Shown here: piece after piece, positions 56,322 to 59,095 of the stretch
How the letters are laid out: the number at the start of each line of letters is the position of its first letter
Position numbering within the stretch: position 1 is the first letter of the stretch
Origin: a virus
Taxonomy: Duplodnaviria > Heunggongvirae > Uroviricota > Caudoviricetes
DNA length: 59,095 bases
Reading direction: 5' to 3' (one strand)
Virus record (IMG/VR): IMGVR_UViG_3300029305_005988
Span: 1 to 59,095 of that record
The notes under the pieces: model-generated
Database searches by the model: none
What the model was told of the DNA's origin: nothing
The model's input: only the letters and a program-made list of their open reading frames with translations
Translations under genes and position numbers: made by a program

Positions 56322-56501
56322 ATGTATTTTGAGATTTGCGACAATAATGGGCAGGTTGTTTTTGAAGCTATCGAAGGATGGCAAATGCTTGAATGGTATG
56401 AAGACCTTGTAGAAGAAGGCTTTGATTTTACAGGATGGACGGCTGACGGTGATGACTTACAAGAGTGCATAGCGGATATTATGATGTATGCCTATGCTTA
56501 A
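56322..56501 (+). CDS. Small acidic early protein, 59 aa (not listed in the ORF track)
   Basis: AAGGAAGG RBS; MYFEICDNNGQVVFE.. Confidence 0.72.
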   Translation: MYFEICDNNGQVVFEAIEGWQMLEWYEDLVEEGFDFTGWTADGDDLQECIADIMMYAYA

Positions 56502-56513
56502 TGGGAGGGAAGC

Positions 56514-56735
56514 ATGATATACGCATATGTAAAGTTATCAAGTGACAAGGGATATAAGGAAGCAGGGTACCGCATAGAGGTACCCTCTCCCGAAGCATAC
56601 TACGAACGGAAACAATATTATCAAGAGCATGCCATAACCAAACTGTGTCACTCAAGAGGCTGGACACTTAAAGACTTGCAAAGATATGGCTATAACAAAA
56701 TCAGAGTATTTTTTCGTGCGCCCGACGCGCTATAA
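56514..56735 (+). CDS. Small early hypothetical protein
   Basis: GGAGG RBS. Confidence 0.75.
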   Translation: MIYAYVKLSSDKGYKEAGYRIEVPSPEAYYERKQYYQEHAITKLCHSRGWTLKDLQRYGYNKIRVFFRAPDAL

Positions 56736-56814
56736 GAAAACCTATACCAAAGCCATATGGCGCCTTGGGGTAACTCTTGGCGCCACCAAATAAAAATAAT
56801 ATAAGGAGATAATT

Positions 56815-56985
56815 ATGACTGTAAAAACACTTATAGCAAAACTGCAAGAACTTCCTCAAGATGCAAACATTGCGCTTGATATTATTGACCCTTATACGGG
56901 AGAAGGGTACTCACATAGTGACAATGCCGAGTTTTCAGTATACGAGTCTACTACCGATGAAGTGGTAATCCAAGCCATAGGATAA
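56815..56985 (+). CDS. Small early hypothetical protein, 56 aa
   Basis: AAGGAG RBS; MTVKTLIAKLQELPQDA. Confidence 0.78.
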   Translation: MTVKTLIAKLQELPQDANIALDIIDPYTGEGYSHSDNAEFSVYESTTDEVVIQAIG

Positions 56986-57165
56986 TTGGAGGGGCGCTTT
57001 AGGCGCCCTTTTTTTATTGCTCGGCTCGCGACCCATCGCCGCGAGCCGCTAAATGGAATTGTGAACAAATTGTAAATTTTTTGTTTCAAATGTTTGAATA
57101 AAGTATGAACAAATCCCGTCCCGAAATGTTCATAAACTGTTTGCAATTATGTTACAAAATATTCA

Positions 57166-57194
57166 TTGACTTTTGTGTCAATATGTGATATAAT
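57166..57194 (+). promoter_or_regulatory. Early sigmaA promoter
   Basis: TTGACT-17-TATAAT. Confidence 0.85.
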
Positions 57195-57250
57195 ATAAGA
57201 GCAGTAAGGGAGAACCGCCCTGCTGACTACATAATCAAGAGGTAAATACC

Positions 57251-57505
57251 ATGACTATCAGACAAACCGCAGACCTTGCAACCCATGACCTTGGACACGA
57301 AGATGTCCATACCAAAGCCATATGGCGCGTTGTCGCTCTTTGCGAACAGGGCTTAATCCCCGAGGACGAGGCCGAGGCTCTTGTTGAAGCCACCTATAAC
57401 CGAGGATTGGATTTCTGCCCCCTTACCGACGAGTTTGACTACGACGACGACTCCGACGAAAGCGGATTTGACCCTTATATGGGTTGCTATACGGGGGAGT
57501 GCTAA
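57251..57505 (+). CDS. Small acidic early protein
   Basis: AGAGG RBS; ends DESGFDPYMGCYTGEC. Confidence 0.8.
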   Translation: MTIRQTADLATHDLGHEDVHTKAIWRVVALCEQGLIPEDEAEALVEATYNRGLDFCPLTDEFDYDDDSDESGFDPYMGCYTGEC

Positions 57506-57506
57506 T

Positions 57507-57686
57507 ATGGTATTCAATGTATATGCTTTCTCTCTTGGGGGGACGGAGAAAAAACTCCGTTCCTTCCCCACTTTCGATGAAGCCGTCCAATTCTGCGAGG
57601 ACTATGAATGGACTTGGCTTGACCCTGTTAACCCCCTTGGATATGAGTGGGATTTAGAGATTATAGAGGAGGAAAACGAGGAATGA
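57507..57686 (+). CDS. Small acidic early protein
   Basis: GGGAG RBS; ATG at 57507. Confidence 0.72.
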   Translation: MVFNVYAFSLGGTEKKLRSFPTFDEAVQFCEDYEWTWLDPVNPLGYEWDLEIIEEENEE

Positions 57687-57844
57687 TGAAGCACACCGTG
57701 TGGAAACTCTATGTCCTTGTGGGCGAAGGGTGGTATTGCTGTGGTGAATATCTCTTGGAGCGAAAAGCGAAAGAAGCCGAGCGCACCTTGAAGCAACAAG
57801 GTGACGCCACAATGATCCGCAGAATGTCAGTATACCCATATTAA
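57683..57844 (+). CDS. Small early protein
   Basis: GAGG RBS; ATGA coupling. Confidence 0.7.
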   Translation: MMKHTVWKLYVLVGEGWYCCGEYLLERKAKEAERTLKQQGDATMIRRMSVYPY

Positions 57845-57901
57845 GAGGGCGCAAATGCGCCCTCTTCTTTTCGCCGTGCCGCGACCGCCCGCCGCGGCAC
57901 G
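57843..57901 (+). terminator. Terminator plus a second GC hairpin (repeated scaffold; also at 56992-57048 and 58338-58397)
   Basis: AAGAGGGCGCA-AA-TGCGCCCTCTT, then CGTGCCGCG-N9-CGCGGCACG. Confidence 0.8.
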
Positions 57902-57961
57902 ATTTACGCGATCTGTGCAGGTTGCACAAATTTGGCGCTGAAAGTTTGTGCATTTTGCCTA

Positions 57962-57990
57962 TTGACTTCTATCCCGATATGTGGTATAAT
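57962..57990 (+). promoter_or_regulatory. Early sigmaA promoter
   Basis: TTGACT-17-TATAAT with TG. Confidence 0.85.
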
Positions 57991-58099
57991 ATAAGAGCAG
58001 TAGGGGAGAGGAGATAAGGGTTGAAAAAGCACCCTCGCAACATGCACTCCTTCCTTGCAAGGCTCTCTTACTGACTACATATTACAAGAGGTATCTGCT

Positions 58100-58339
58100 A
58101 TGACCATCTGGACCGCCACCATGCGCAAGATTTTAGGACCTAATCCTTGGGAAGTCGAAGACCACGCGCCTGCGCTTTTCTCTACCCGTGACAAGGCTAT
58201 TGACTATGTCAAGAGAACGATTGGCAACAGAGCCGAACTCGTAGATGACGGAATGGGCTTCTATGAGGAGTGGCGCAATCCCGTGTTCTTAACCGACACC
58301 GTTATGATTGTTGAAGAACGCACCGTGGATATGCAGTAA
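58100..58339 (+). CDS. Small early protein
   Basis: AGAGG RBS; ATG at 58100. Confidence 0.78.
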   Translation: MTIWTATMRKILGPNPWEVEDHAPALFSTRDKAIDYVKRTIGNRAELVDDGMGFYEEWRNPVFLTDTVMIVEERTVDMQ

Positions 58340-58557
58340 GAGGGCGCAAGCCCTCTTCTTTTGTTTGCCCGGCCCGCACACATTCGCGCGCGGGCCGTTT
58401 TAAGAAATTGTGAACAGTTTGTAAACTTTTTTACGCAAAATTATGAACCTTTCATTTCAAATTTGTTACCCGTAAAGCCAATAGTTTAGCACCTACTGTT
58501 AAATTATGAACATTTTGTAAACTTATTCGATATTTCAAAAAACTTTTGCAAAAACAC

Positions 58558-58586
58558 TTGACAAATAGATTTATTTATGATATAAT
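58558..58586 (+). promoter_or_regulatory. Early sigmaA promoter
   Basis: TTGACA-17-TATAAT with TG. Confidence 0.85.
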
Positions 58587-58729
58587 ATGTATGTAATCAA
58601 GAGCAAGGCTCGGAAACGATGAACGAAAACTCGGAGAACGCACGGTTGAGATACCCGAAACCATTGAGTAGTTTAGAGCAGACAGACAACTTGCTCTTGA
58701 TACAAATACATAAAAGAGAGGTAAAACAA

Positions 58730-58966
58730 ATGAGCAACGAACAGATATGGGAAACAACAAAAGTCGGAGATTATCTTGACGCTAAATTCTATGATAAAGA
58801 GAGCGGGGAGGTTTTCCTTGTCGAACTCAAAAAAGAGGACGGAGAGGAAATGGAAGACTTTATCGCAAAGTGTCAAGAGGTAGCGGACGACAACTTCGAT
58901 TATGCGGTCTTTGATGAATTGATTGACGAAGAGACTGCCGAAATCCTCGGATACGATACTTATTAA
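58730..58966 (+). CDS. Small acidic early protein
   Basis: AGAGG RBS; ATG at 58730. Confidence 0.8.
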   Translation: MSNEQIWETTKVGDYLDAKFYDKESGEVFLVELKKEDGEEMEDFIAKCQEVADDNFDYAVFDELIDEETAEILGYDTY

Positions 58967-58978
58967 GGGGGTATAAAT

Positions 58979-59095
58979 ATGTTTATTAAAATTAAAGATT
59001 GCTATATCTATAATGTAACCACTCTTATTAAGATTTCTCCTTTTCTCTGTCAAGAGATTTTAGTGATATATGGTACAAATCAGTCTGACCGAATT
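58979..59095 (+). CDS. Small early protein (runs off the window)
   Basis: AAGGGGG RBS; MFIKIKDC.. open to the end of the window. Confidence 0.6.
   Translation, partial: MFIKIKDCYIYNVTTLIKISPFLCQEILVIYGTNQSDRI

Noticed and set aside
55592-58525. CRISPR array or iteron origin from the TGAAC repeats
   Set aside because: Copies are ~20 nt, degenerate, irregularly spaced and tied to promoters; there is no repeat-spacer periodicity.
58608-58640. Hammerhead ribozyme (GATGA..GAAA)
   Set aside because: Lacks the CUGAUGA core and the required stem geometry.
55549-58729. Longer N-terminal extensions called in the track (55549, 55865, 56046, 57381, 57647, 58055, 58619)
   Set aside because: They run through promoters, leaders or neighbouring genes; downstream ATGs have clear RBS sequences.
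1-59095. TGA reassignment
   Set aside because: TGA ends many genes cleanly right before the next RBS or start (e.g. 1049, 2562, 6257, 11677, 39998, 51514).
1-59095. Suppressor tRNA(CUA), other tRNA genes or a release-factor gene
   Set aside because: No cloverleaf or T-loop (GTTCRA) pattern in a plausible context and no RF-like ORF recognised by eye; they may lie outside the window (tRNAscan-SE/ARAGORN would be decisive).

Overview
A ~59 kb AT-rich segment of a large tailed dsDNA phage. The host is probably an anaerobic Firmicute (Clostridia-like), judging by perfect sigmaA promoters, strong AAGGAG(G) ribosome-binding sites (RBS), class III RNR and a DnaE-type polymerase. The phage reads TAG as glutamine (code-15-like). 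Many short fragments in the supplied ORF track join, frame-perfectly, into full genes when TAG is read as Gln, and none of the gene ends checked depends on TAG alone. Layout: (1) + strand 1-9271, replication and nucleotide metabolism: dnaE interrupted by a group I intron with a GIY-YIG gene, gmk, nrdH, a free GIY-YIG gene, nrdD, nrdG, an FTR-like protein, dut and a hidden ruvC. (2) - strand 53968 to 9290, the late region: candidate regulator, TerS candidate, terL split by a second group I intron carrying an HNH gene, portal, protease/scaffold, capsid, head-tail connectors, tail tube, a 1867-aa tape measure, baseplate proteins, three YadA-like fibre genes, a holin-like gene and a six-gene cassette of unknown function. 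(3) + strand 54107-59095: a lipase, then an array of early cassettes built on a repeated promoter/leader/terminator scaffold. Highlights: strongly bimodal TAG usage, a recurring GG(T/A)C(A/T)-N29-TAT(A/T) promoter-like motif with invariant spacing, an NrdH/NrdD/NrdG/FTR-like redox module, and the modular early region. No tRNA or CRISPR array was recognised. All family calls come from motif recognition by eye; no database searches were run.
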